A stretch of 64,000 nt of DNA, from assembly GCF_009914755.1 (NCBI RefSeq), contig NC_060927.1. One strand, written 5' to 3'. Below the pieces are notes generated by a model. The model was not told the origin of the DNA, did no database searches, and saw only the letters and a program-made list of their open reading frames with translations. Every line of letters begins with the position of its first letter. Position 1 is the stretch's first letter. This DNA comes from the human T2T-CHM13v2.0 reference genome, Homo sapiens. Position numbers and translations under genes: made by a program. Shown here piece after piece: positions 31,025 through 46,399 of this stretch.

Positions 31025-31370
31025 TGATATGGTTTGGTTGTGTCCCCACCTAAATCTCATCTTGAATTCCCACGTTTTGTAGGAGGGACCTGGTGGAAGG
31101 TAACTGAATGTCTTTCCCGTGCTGTTCTCGTGGTAGTGAATAAGTCTCACAACATCTGATGGTTATAAAAAGGGGAGTTTCCCTGCACAAGCGCTCCTCT
31201 CGTTGTCCACCGCCATCCACGTAAGATGTGACTTGTGGCTCCTTGCCTTCTGCCATGATTGTGAGGCTTCCCAGCCACATGGAACTGTACATCCCATTAA
31301 ACCTCTTTCTTTTGTAAATTGCCCAGTCTCAGGTGTGTCTTTATCAGCTGCGTGAAAACGAACTAATACA
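31025..31370 (+). mobile_element. THE1 (likely THE1B) solo LTR
   Basis: tgatatggtttgg...aactaataca; 5-bp TSD ccctc on both sides. Confidence 0.95.
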
Positions 31371-32781
31371 CCCTCTTTCAACAATTGACAGAACATATAG
31401 ACAGAAAATAAGCAAGGATATAGAAGAACTCAACAACAAAATCAATAAACAGGATCTAAAAGACATTTATAGAGCACTTCATCCAACAACAGCAGCATAC
31501 CCATTCTTTCCAGGTGTCCATGACACTTGACCCATATCCTGGGCCATAAAACAAACCTCAACAATTTCAAAAGAATTAAAATCATACAAAGTAGAATCAA
31601 GCGAGAAACCAGTTAATAAAAAGTTAGAAAAATCTCCAAACACTTGGGATAATCTATGGTCAGAAAGGAAGTTTCGAGGGAAATCAAAAGTTACATGGAA
31701 CTGAAAGAAAATTAAAATAAAACACATAAAAATTTATGATACACAGCTAAAGCAGTGCTGAAAGGAATTTTTACAGTAACAAATGCATATATTAGAAAGA
31801 ATAAAAGCCTCAAATCAGTAATCTAAGCTCCCACCATCAAGAAGCTAGAAAAAGCACAAAATAAACCCAAAGTGAGCAGAAAGAAGAGCGTAATAAAGAT
31901 GAGAGCAGAAATCAAAGACACATTAAACAGAAAAACTGACAGAAAGAAAATCAATGAAACAAAGAGCTGCCTCTTTTAAAAGGTCAATGAAGCTAACAAA
32001 CCTCTAACAAGACAGACAAAGAATAAAGACAAACAGCACAAATTACCAGTATCAGGAATGAAGCAGAGGATGTCATACATACCATGGAGACAACAAAAGT
32101 ATAGTAAGGAACTACTATTAACAACTCTACAAGCATAAATTTGACAACTCAGAATGAAATAAACCAATTCCTGAAAAAATGCCAATGATCTACATTCATT
32201 CCTTGATAATAATTTGAATAGCCCTATAATAACAAGAAAATTGAATTAGTAATTTTTAAACTCAAAAACAACAACAACAAGAAAAAGAAACCTCCAGGCC
32301 CAGATGGTTTTACTAGAGCATTCTACCAAATGTTTAAAGAAAATTTAATACCAGTTCTGCACATTTTCATCGAGAAAATAGAAGGGGAAAAACTTTCTAA
32401 TTCATTGTATGAAGTTACAATTACCAGACACCAAAACCAGACAGACAGTAATAAAAAAAAAAAAAACTATAAGCAACACCTGTCATAAAGACATAAAAAT
32501 ATTTAACAAACTATTAGCCAATAGAAATCAACAATATACTAAAATAATTACACCTTAATCAAGTGGGGCTTATTCCATGGATGCAAGGCTGGTTCAATAC
32601 TTGAAAATAAATCAATATAATCTACCACATGAACAGGTTAATGAGGAAAAATTACATGATCCTATTAATTGATTTTAAAAAAGCATCTGACAAAACTTAA
32701 TACCCATTCAAGATTTTTTTTAAAACCTCTCAGAAAATAGGAATAGAGGAGGAACTTCCTCAACTTGATAAAGAACATCTA

Positions 32782-33573
<792 letters not shown>

Positions 33574-34039
33574 TTCAGTCTACCCAACTAAAGACTTCTT
33601 ATACAGCTATAGTAGGCAAGATTGTATGGTACTGGCAGAAGAAGAGACATGAAGACCAGAGGGACAAAATAGAAAACCCAGAAATAGACCCACACAATAT
33701 GATTTTTGACAAGGGTACAACAGCAACTCAATGGTGGAATGATAATCTTTCAACAAATGGTGCTGGAGCAACTGGACATCCATAGGCAAAGAAGTGAATT
33801 GTGATCTAAGCCACACCTTATAAAAAATTACTCATAATGGATCATGGAATTAAATACGAAACTTAAAACTATAAAAATTTTAGAAAAAAAATAAAAATAT
33901 TTGAAATCTCAAGCTTGGCAAAGAGTTCTTAAAAGCATCAAAAAGCACAATCCATAAAAGGAAAAACTGATAAACTGGACTCCATCAAAATTTAAAATTT
34001 TGTATCTCAAAAGACTCTGTTAACTCACCAAATTATACA

Positions 34040-34232
34040 CAGTCATCCCTCAATATACACATTGGATTGGTCCAGAGCCCCCACCTGAACATACTCAAGT
34101 CCCACAGTTGGCCCTCGGTATTCATGGGTTTCACACCCTGGGAATACTATATTTCCAATCCACATTTGGTTGTAAAACCCAGTCATACATGGACTCATGC
34201 AGTTCAAACCCATGTTGTTCAAGGGTCAACTA
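34040..34232. mobile_element. MER8-like Tigger MITE
   Basis: cagtcatccctc... and ...gttgttcaagggtcaacta termini. Confidence 0.8.
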
Positions 34233-34518
34233 TAAACTAATCATGCAGTTTTTTGGCATATAAATAAAGGTGGGGGAAGCCTCTGCTAAGAGGATGAAAA
34301 GATAAACTACAGAGAAAATATCTGCAAACCACTAGACAAAAGTCTAGTATCTACAATAAAGAACTCTCAAAACTCAGTTTAAAAAATCCAATTAGAAAAG
34401 GAGAAAAGACATGGATAGACATTTCACTAAAGAGGATATATAAATGGCAAATAAGCACGTGAACATTAGCCATTAGGTGAATGCAAATTAAAACCAAAAT
34501 CAGTCATCAATACACACC

Positions 34519-35221
<703 letters not shown>

Positions 35222-35806
35222 AAAGCTATCAGAATGCCTAAAATAAAGACAGTGACAACACCAAATGCTGGTGAGCATGTGGTAAAGAGGCTAGGCCAGT
35301 CATACATTGCTAGTGGGAATGTAAAATGGAATAGACCCTCTGGAAAACAGTTTGGCAGTTTCTTAAAAAAAAAAACGAAACATGTAACTACCATACAGCC
35401 TAGCACTTGCACTCTTGAACATTTATACCAGAGAAATGAAGACTATGTTCAAGTAGAAAACTGTATAAAAATGTTTACAGCAGATTTATTTATAATAACT
35501 AAAAACTGAAAATAGATGTCCTTCAATAGGTGAAAAGTTAAACTGTGGTACATGTATACCATGGAATACTACTCAGCAATAAAAAGGAACAAACTACTGA
35601 TATATCCAACAAACTGGATGGATCTCCAGAGAGTTATGCTGAATGAAAAAAGCCAATCACAAAAGGTTATGTACTCTATGTTTCCACTAACATTCTGGGA
35701 ATAAAATTATAGAAATGAAGAATAGGTTAGTGAGTATTATGATATATCAGAAACCAGGGTTTTACTGACAAGGGAGGTACAAGTATGCAGTGGGGAAATG
35801 CAAAGG

Positions 35807-35809
<3 letters not shown>

Positions 35810-35843
<34 letters not shown>
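35810..35843. repeat. (CA)n microsatellite
   Basis: Directly visible. Confidence 0.97.
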
Positions 35844-35844
<1 letters not shown>

Positions 35845-36184
35845 TTCCTAAATTTGTCCACTGAAAAGTCCTAAATGCAATAATCTCTTAATAAAAATAA
35901 GCAGACTCAAAACCCAGATAATGGTTTCCATACCATTTCTCATGAAAAGGAACTCGGTTTCCTTAGAAAAATGATTTCTGATCTGGGGCAGGGAAATCAT
36001 TAGGTAAGCCTGGGACATCTTGTGCCAGAAAACTGGGAAATGCTCAAATAAATGTTGAGATATATGAAAAAGACATAGAAGCCAGCTTGCAGGCATTCTC
36101 ACTGGCCAAATTTAAAGACAATCTGAACATCAAAAATAATTATAATACTTGATTATAACACACTGAAAAAAAAAGAATCAATTT

Positions 36185-36445
36185 GGCTGGGCACAGTGGC
36201 TCATGCCTGTAATCCCTGCACTTTGGGAGGCCAAGGCAGGCATCGCTTGAGCTCACACGTTTGAGATCAGCCTGGACAACACAGTGAAACCCCCCTCTCT
36301 ACAAAAATAAAAAAATGAGCCAGGCATGGTGGCATGCTTCTGTGGCCCCAGCCACTTGGAGGCTGAGGTGGAAGGACTGCTTGACCCTAGGAAGGTTGCA
36401 CTGCACTCCAGCCTGGGTGACACAGCGAAACCCTGCTCAAAAACA
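36185..36445 (+). mobile_element. AluJ with internal deletion
   Basis: TSD aaagaatcaatttg. Confidence 0.9.
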
Positions 36446-37986
36446 AAGAATCAATTTGTCTACAGTAACATGAGGAAGATGGGGTACAGTTAGAGAACCT
36501 CTTCATTATAAAAGATGTCATCAAATGGTAGAAGGAATGACAAAATTTGAACATCGCTGTTTTGCAACCACCAGCGTAGTAAGTGATGCACGCAAGGATC
36601 TTCAGCCAATACTAAAATCACTGGGTTAAAGTTTGTTAGGGAACAGACTATTCACTCAGCATCAAAGTATCACCCCACAGATCACTCATTAAAAACCAAA
36701 GGGAAAAAAAGCAAAAGGCATCTTTATAATGGAAAGATGTGGCAGTTACCACCTTAGCCTTGGCAGAACAAGACACATGATGTGTTTTCTCATGTGATGC
36801 TGTGAGAAGGGCACAATATCACTCATGTAATAATGTGACAAAAATGTTTAATCTAAATCTAATCACGATGAAACAATTAGGCAAATTCAGAATATAGGAC
36901 ATTCTCCAAACAGTTAACTTGGACTCTTCAAAAAATTCAAGTCATCAAAAAAAAAGTGTGATTGCTTTAGAGTGATTAAAAGTGGCTAAAGTTACCTAAC
37001 AATAAAATGCGATATATGAATCTTGATTGACCCCTGGATTTTTTATAAAGTCATTTTCTTTACCATTAAGAAAACTATGGTAGACTGAATTACTGTTAAT
37101 TATCTTAGGTGTGAGTACAGTATTGTGGTTACATAGAAAAATGTCCTCATTCTTGAGACAGGCATACTGATATATTTCTCTTTTTTTGGCATACCGATAT
37201 ATTTTGGTATGAAGTGTCATGATGTCTGCAACTTTCTTCTAAATGTATTGGGGGGAAAGGCGAGACAAGAGGAAGAGAGTGTGTAGTCAGAAAAAGGGAA
37301 AGATAAAGCAAATGAGTCCAACAGATAAAATTTTCCATGAAATACCAAATTGTTATATTCTTAGTGCTTTTATTTCACTAAACATCCATTAAAATGAGAT
37401 AGAGATATACAGAAGTACATCTGTATTACACCAAAACACCCAGTTTTAAATGGACAAACAAGCACTAGAGAGGTTAAAGAATTTGTCCTACTTGGGAAGG
37501 CATTGTACAGATACAGCTGGGGGGGTGTTTGTATTATACATTGTTGGCACTCCAGATATTACACATTTTTGGCAGTATGCTTACAAAATACTCTTAAAAT
37601 ATCAGAAAATTGAAGTATAAGAGAAAAGCAAAGGAAAAATCCTGTGAATTTGAGTAAAATAACTTGGAAGGGCTGCAATTAAGTTTACTGGCCCAGCATT
37701 CTAGCAACCAGGACTCCTCTATTAACTAGCATTCTTGCCATTTTTCAGTACACACTGATGAGACTTCTAAAGCACCAAAGTTGAATATGTTCAGTTTCAC
37801 TTTAACATAGGATGAGCTCTATAATACTTGAATCCTTTGAAACTTGTTAACCCATGTGTGATATATATGATAGCTCTCTATTATTTGGTATATTTGATTA
37901 ACCAGAGCTGTCCATTGCTTAACAATGGAGGAAAACAGGATGAAGCTGGGGAGTAAGAATTGGAGCAAAATATAAGATTCTATGGT

Positions 37987-37988
<2 letters not shown>

Positions 37989-38020
<32 letters not shown>
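37989..38020. repeat. (CA)n microsatellite
   Basis: Directly visible. Confidence 0.97.
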
Positions 38021-38022
<2 letters not shown>

Positions 38023-38426
38023 AACACATAGGAACTATTACAAAATAGAACTTTCCACAATGAGAATAATAAAAAAAATCCAAGTGTAATATTCAAAACA
38101 TGTATTTTTATTCTTTGTTGTTTTTCAGTGTTTAATTGAACAAATCAGTACGGTCACAGGGTAGATTCCAGATTAACCAGGACATTTGAGGAAGGGGGAA
38201 AACAATTGCCGACTTTGACAATCACAACACCAAGAAGCTGGTACTATTATCCCCATATTAACAACATGAAAACTGAAAGACGGGTTAAGTAACTTCCCCA
38301 AACCATGTAACTATTAAGTAGGGAGAGCTCATTCAAACACGAAGTCTGACTCCAGTGCCTGCCATCAGGACATCTACATTACCTAGTATTTCCACTGCTT
38401 TTTGCTTTTTTTGGAGGAGGGGCTGA

Positions 38427-38779
<353 letters not shown>

Positions 38780-39930
38780 ACAATATGTCATTTAATCTTC
38801 ACAACAACTCTGTGAGGTAGGATTTCTTTAAGAGATGGGGGTCTTGCAATGTTGCTCCTGGGCCAAAGTGGTCCTGAGTAACTGGGACTATAGGCACCCA
38901 CCATGGCGCTTGGATGAAACAGAATTGTTATTCCTAGTTTTCAGAAGAGTACAGTGAAGCAACAGGAGGTTTAGTAATCTACCCAAAGTCACCCTGCAAA
39001 CAATAAGACTCACAGTTCAAACACAGGTGCTCTTTGCTGGACTATACTCTGCCTTCCACATTCTATGTGTATACGATTCCCTATTTTTTAAGAAAACAAA
39101 TCTTCTACTAGACAACTTCTGGTTGCCGAAGGCCTGTGTTCCTATACTGATTTGGAATTAATAACACAATTTCCCTAGAAACATTCTTTCCTGTAATTAA
39201 TGAGATCTATAACATGAAAGAACAAATTCGGATGAAGTGAGGATTTTGTAATGTGGGAAATTATAGAAAGGCCCTCAAAAGCCATGTGGTTTAAATCTCT
39301 AAGTTCAACAGGCTTGGAAGCCAGTAATAATTAATGGTGTGTATACAATTCTAAAAACGGCTTGTGCCAGTCAGAGATTAGCTGAGGATAAGACATGACT
39401 GAAGCTTCGTATCATACAAATAATAAAAACTGCCTAGTCTTTTTTGCCTCTTATTTTAATTTTATTTCATTCAAATACATTATTGTTTTTGAAAGCATGG
39501 TTTTATAGAGTTCACAACCATTCCAAAAATATTCATACTGCATATAATTGCCCTTCTCTTAAACTCAGAAAGCATTCTCAACATGCTATTTCCAAAAGGA
39601 ATTTAAAACAGCTGAAATCATCCTCACTATACCTTCAGTGGAACCAAGAAACCGACAGCCCTGGTTGCCAGCTGGTTTGTAAGATTTTGATATACATTTG
39701 CCACAGGCAGCTAGGGGTACTACGCGTGACCTTGGGCAAATTTCCTAATCTTAAAAATGAAGATAGTAACAGTACCTACTTCACAAGATTGTTGTGACGT
39801 TTAAATGAGCAAACACATACGAAAAGATTACAAAAAGTTATGTGCCTGCACATAGCCATGATGTGTGTTATTTGTTATTGTTGAAGTTTACGTGCATCCA
39901 TCATTGAAGCACCAGCTACACAGAAAGACA

Positions 39931-40190
39931 CCTATCAGCGTTCTCTATCTCTGGAAGAACCTATCAGCATTCTCTATCTCTGGAAGAACCTATCAGCTTT
40001 CTCTATCTCTGGAAGAACCTATCAGCTTTCTCTATCTCTGGAAGAACCTATCAGCTTTCTCTGTCTCTCGAAGAACCTATCAGCTTTCTCTGTCTCTGGA
40101 AGAACCTATCAGCTTTCTCTATCTCTGGAAGAACCTATCAGCTTTCTCTATCTCTGGAAGAACCTATCAGCGTTCTCTATCTCTGGAAGA
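39931..40190. repeat. Minisatellite, 9 x 29-bp unit CCTATCAGCTTTCTCTATCTCTGGAAGAA
   Basis: Units start at 39931, 39960, 39989, 40018, 40047, 40076, 40105, 40134 and 40163; head-to-tail with no spacers. Confidence 0.97.
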
Positions 40191-40267
40191 GCTTTGAGGA
40201 AACTCACTCAGAACTTCACCTCACAGCTCTCCTCTTAAAATCTGTATCCTCTTCCTTCAATCACTAG

Positions 40268-40608
<341 letters not shown>

Positions 40609-41929
40609 TAGAAAAAAACTTTAGTTGACTTTTCCAACCAAACTACCACTCCTTATTTTTGTTGTTGTTGCTAGTTTTCATTTATCAAACTTCTTAAACA
40701 CGTTTTTTGTAGCTATTGTTATTGATATGAATCAGAAGTCCTTTAGGAAAACCAGGTGGCATTTTCCCGTGGAAGTCAGAACCTGATTTTGTGAGTTTTC
40801 CTAGAGTTGTATAGAAGCACAAAAACAGAATAGAACAACACAAAATCACAATGCTAATTTACTAACGAAAAGAAGTATATTTGCCCCAAAGTCCTGACAG
40901 TTGAACCCTCTAATCAACTCCTTCTCTCCCTACAGAAAATCTATAAACAGGAAGCCAAATGTGTAACCAAACATTTGCTGCGATAGCGCAGCCATAAGGA
41001 CCAGAGATATTAAACTCTCTAGACAGCATAACATCTTCTCTGAACAGTCTTGAAAAGCACTCCCAAATTCTGGTTCTCCAACTCCCATTTGTCTCTATTT
41101 CTATGCTGCCCATCTACCTTTTGCTGTGACAGTCTTTCTTTAGATATGCTAATACCACCTATTAGACTACATCAAGTCCCACTCTTCCTGCTTTCAACCT
41201 GAAACAGAATCTTTTAAGATTTCTTCTACAGAAAACTGAGCTTATGTGATATTCTTAAGCCAACTCTGAGTTTGGCTGGTAGCACCTACATCATACCACA
41301 TCCACCCACTCAGCCCCACCTGTCACCTTCTAATTACTTTCTCTTCCTTAACCCTTAACTTGAATGTCACTTCCTATCACATACAGTGACCTCTTTACAG
41401 TTCTCATTCTTCCGGATTTAACTACTGCAATTGATACAACTTGCCACCCATTTCTTAAAAACTTTCCCCATCATTGGCTTTAATGGAACTGAGCTCTGTT
41501 GGTTCTGCTCACTAATTTTAAATTGCTCTACAGTGCAATGATGGTTAAGAGTCCGGGTGTAGAATCGAACAGAGCTAGATCCGAATCCAGGCTCTACTCC
41601 TTACTATGTGCCCGTGGAAAAGCTCTAAGCCTTCTTCCTCAACTGTGAAATGGACATAATTACATAATTGGCTATTAAGTGCTCAGCATAATAAGCTTAT
41701 TCTGGTACAAAGTAATCACTCAGTAAATATTAACAATTGTCTGTGTCCTAATTCTTAGCTCCTAACGCTCTGTTCTCTTTTGCCTTCAAGAGCCTCCAAC
41801 AGCTTTGACTAATGCTTCAATTAAGTATATTCCTGAAGTCACTGTTGCAAGACTAAACCTTTCACCCTCTTCTCCATAATAATGAAAATCACTCTTTGTG
41901 TATTTTACCAATATCTAATAATTAGCCTG

Positions 41930-42520
41930 CTGAAAACTGGTTTCATCTTCATACTCTTTCTTGAAACACTAATTTCCCCTGGCTTCTGCAATACCATATT
42001 TTCCAGATTTTTCTTCTCTAGCCATCTCTTCTTAGACTCCTCTGCCAGCTTATCCTCTTGTACCCAGACTCTGATGTCCTAAAAGAAAACACTCTGGTGT
42101 TGTAAAGGGAAAGCTTAATGGTTTTCTTTACTTCTCACGCTACAGTCTCTCCCTTGGTGCTCACGCTTCATCACAGCTACAACTGCAACCTATAAGTAAG
42201 TAAATTACTTACATATTATTTCTAGCCCAGACCTCTCCTCTGAGTTCTACATCCCTGTATCTAATTGCCTACCGACATCACCATGTGAGGACAAAGGCAG
42301 CTTAAATCCTACAGATCCAAAACTAGATTCATGACCTTCCTCCCAATCCTAGTTACTCAGTATTTCGTTGTTAGTGAATGGCACCACCATCCACAGCTGC
42401 ATAAAGCAGAATTCTAGAAGTTAACCTTAATAATCTTCCCCTCCCTTCCCGACCAAATTTAATTAACCCTATAGATTTCACCTCAAATATCTCTCAAATA
42501 CACTCTTATCTCCACCTCCA
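41930..42520 (+). mobile_element. L2 fragment
   Basis: tctagcccagacctctcctctgag...gtgaatggcaccaccatccac. Confidence 0.7.
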
Positions 42521-43118
42521 CCAATCTAATTTCTTATTCTAAGTATTCTAAGTAGCCACAAAATTCTACTTTACAATACCTACATATGATTTCTTTCCCA
42601 TCCCTCCTCTCTCGCGAAGCCATGTATTTCTTTCTCTCTCAAAACGCCTCTTGAAAACCTTCACTCGTTAATTCAAGCCAATATCACTCCTTACTGGGAA
42701 AAATTAAGTTACACATTCAGATTCATGGTTTATTCAGCTTAATAATCTATTTTTGACAGTGATACCAACAGAACATATGATGCTTTCCTCCCAGGCAACA
42801 TCCTCAAAAATGCGCCATTACCCAAATACACATTTCCTTTAATAATGCACCAAGCACTGAATCTGTGAATGTATATGTGCTTTATGTCTTTTATGGACAT
42901 GTACATATTTTTAAGCTTTTTCTATTTTATAAGTCTATATATTTCACAAGATTAAAATCAACCACATAAAACTGAACTTCCTTGTTTTGAATCTACCTTT
43001 TTCAAGCATCAGGATAATCCTCTCATTTTAGTATTCTCAGATTTGGCAAACAAACTGATAGTTTTCTCACTTCTATCATTTGTGATTTTAAAAGAATTAC
43101 AAAAGTAAATACAGTATG

Positions 43119-43506
<388 letters not shown>

Positions 43507-43739
43507 TCATATTTTTATTCTGAGTTTCCAAAATAATGTCTCATAAAGAGAAGGTGTTCAATATATGTTCAACAGAATTAAAGGAATTCTGCTTAGGACT
43601 GATACTGTAAACTCCATGAATACCAAAAAGAAAGGAGAACTTCTCAAACATGTTAACTCTGCTTATTTTGGGCTAAAAAGCATAGAGAGAATTAATTCCC
43701 AGGATAACTGAGGAGATTGTAACAGAGCACCTAGCTGCT

Positions 43740-45330
43740 TTAAATGAAGTCAAGCTTTTAGTGAATGGGATCACTGAGCTGCTGCCAGTGGAGGAAGTGT
43801 GGAGAACCGGAGGACTGCCAAAGACTGGAAAAGAACAAATAACTGTAGTCCTGATTTTTTAAAAAACAGAAACAACTGCCAACGACAGTCCAGTATACTT
43901 GACGTCAATCCTTTTCTAAATTCAGATTATTTATTTTAAAACAGTTTCTAACCATTTAGAAAAGAAAATGGTAACCATTTGTGGAATCAACCTGAGTTTT
44001 ACCAGATTAACCTAATTTCTTGTTTTTTTTTAAAAAAAGAGTGTATGTACAGATAGGTCACAGATCAAAAAGAGGCAGTAAAAACAGTGTGTTGGTAGGA
44101 TTTCAATAAGGTATTTGACCAGGTTTTCATTACACCCATATACAAGATAAATATAAGATGGATAACAGTGCAACTAGGTGGCTAGGTAATTGTTTGAACA
44201 ATCATAACTAACAAGTGCTCATTAATGAATTGCTATCAACCTGAAGGGCAGTTCTACCCGCAAGCTTCAGGACTCTATCTGTGGCTTTCTCTTGTTCAAC
44301 AATTTTATCAGTAACTTTTATGAACATGTACTGTACTACTGTTGGTATCCAGTATGTGGATGACATGAACCTAGGACAAACAGCTTATAAATATATTAAG
44401 AAAGAGCCAGGATCTAAAAACACACACACACAAAATTAGGCTCATTCTAATGAAATGAAATTTAATAGGAAAAGATATCTAAGGGATCAGTACCTGTGTC
44501 CAAAAATATAAGTGTGAGATGGGCAAACAGTGGCTTGTCACATATGTTAAAAAAAAACAAAACAGCTCAATGGCTTTGATGGCAAGCTTAGTTCAATCTG
44601 ACAGCAGCAAGCTCAGTATGTGATGAAGATATCAGAAAAGCTAATGTGATGCTAGCTGCAGCAATAGCAGTATCTCGAACATGGGAGGTAGTGGTCTTGT
44701 TCAACTCTAGACTGATCAGACCACAACTGGAATATTGTCTACCTTTCTAGGGGCCACAGTCTTCAAAGGATCAAAACCACCTTGGCACATGTTCAGAAGA
44801 GAACAACCAAGATGCTTAGGAGCCTGAATACTATTCCATAAAAGGAAAGGCAGAAGGGACTGGAAATGTATAAATAGGACAAAGAAATGCCTTAAGAGAA
44901 AGATGATCACTAGCTTCATTCAGTCATTCAATGAACATTATTGTTAAACCTATTTCAGGAAAGACATTGTGAGAATGGCCAGGGATACAGAGAGAAGACA
45001 GTCCATATGTGCAAGACATTCATATGTATATTCAGCAATGTATATATGAAGAGTTGAAACAGCCATGATCTAAAAAAGGATTCGATTGTTCTATATGATT
45101 TCATAAGGCAGAAATAGGAGCAGAAGAAAGAAGTTAGAAAGTAACTGATTTCAGCTCCATATAAGGAAGAGTATTTTAAGAGTCAAGGCTAATGAAGGGA
45201 GAAGCTGTCTGAGAAAACTGCAAGGTTCCCATCAGTAACGGTGTACTTAGAGAAGACACTGTCAAAATAAGACAGACAGTAACCTGGACTATCTTGAACA
45301 TTCCTCACATTTTACACAACGATTCTATAC
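43740..45330 (+). mobile_element. L3/CR1 LINE relic spanning the RT domain to the 3' end
   Basis: Degenerate RT motifs in order: DWKRTN, NDSPVYLTS (NYRPVSLTS), DFNKVFD (DFSKAFD), QDSICG..LFNNFIS (QGSVLGP.LFNIFIN), YVDDMNLG (FADDTKLG). Confidence 0.8.
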
Positions 45331-46399
45331 TTTCCCACGAAATGAATGAAAGTCCAGATTCTACTTGTGCACTTCAGCATCCCAGGTTTCCTAGAGTTGC
45401 TACTTCCAACTCGGTACCCTGTCCCACCGTGAAGCAATGCTTTATACTAACAAAAGAGAACAGATCTGAGCACAACAGGAATAATGAGAAATAGGAAGAA
45501 ACTGGCCCATAAGCAAATGGAACACCAGAAATCAATACTGTTCTATGTGCCTGGAATTTGTAAAGAAAATGATCCTCTATCCTTGAATTCATAAATTCGA
45601 TTTAAAATATTCATTTATGTTCGATTAATGTAAATAAGGATTTGTTATGTACTGCATTCCTGGTTGTCAGCTATTTTTTTCTCAACAAAGAAAAATTCAT
45701 TTTAACTTAAGATCACTTGGAAAATGTCCTAAATAAGCACTCCAAAACCCTCTATTACAAATATATGTGGAAACTAACTTTAGAATATATTTCTTAAAAT
45801 GAATGATTCATCGGATATAGTCCAAATACTATTAGCTAATCAAATTGTGAAATTCTAATTAAATGGCTACTTAAGTTTAATCTATTTAAAAATCACAGGC
45901 AGGAGGCTAAACACAGAGAAAGGGTTTAGACCATTTGGTTCTAGCTTTTATAAATTGGTTTAAGACTATTAAGCTTACTTTCACTCATTTTATTTTGTAA
46001 TTTTATAAGTCTCATTTATTTGGCTCTAAATTCTACATCTGGGTATTTAAGGAGCTCGACCTTCCAAACTGTTAATATTAACTTCTTGGAAGCAATCCCT
46101 CCCACATTAGCGCTTTTTCTCAATTTGGGTACAATCAAGGGGGAAACAATTGGATATCCAAGGGCTCCTTCTTTTAAATAGCAGCCCAGGAAGACAAAAG
46201 TGAGAAAGAAAAAGAGGAGCATCTTTAACCAGCAACCTTGAAAAAAGGCATCCCCAACAGCTGTCGCCAACTCAGCTGGCTCGCTCCCATTTCTCAAAAC
46301 ACCGCCTGGACGCCTTGGTCAAAAAAAGAAAAAGAAAAGAAAAAAAACCAGATTCCCGCTTCCCTGGGACAGGGAGCTCCCTTTTGTAGAAGTAGCTAA

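Noticed and set aside
39931-40190. 29-bp repeats as a CRISPR array, and ORF 39865-40197 as a repeat protein
   Set aside because: Units abut with no unique spacers, there are no cas genes and the context is primate intron. The ORF has a non-ATG start and only reflects the repeat.
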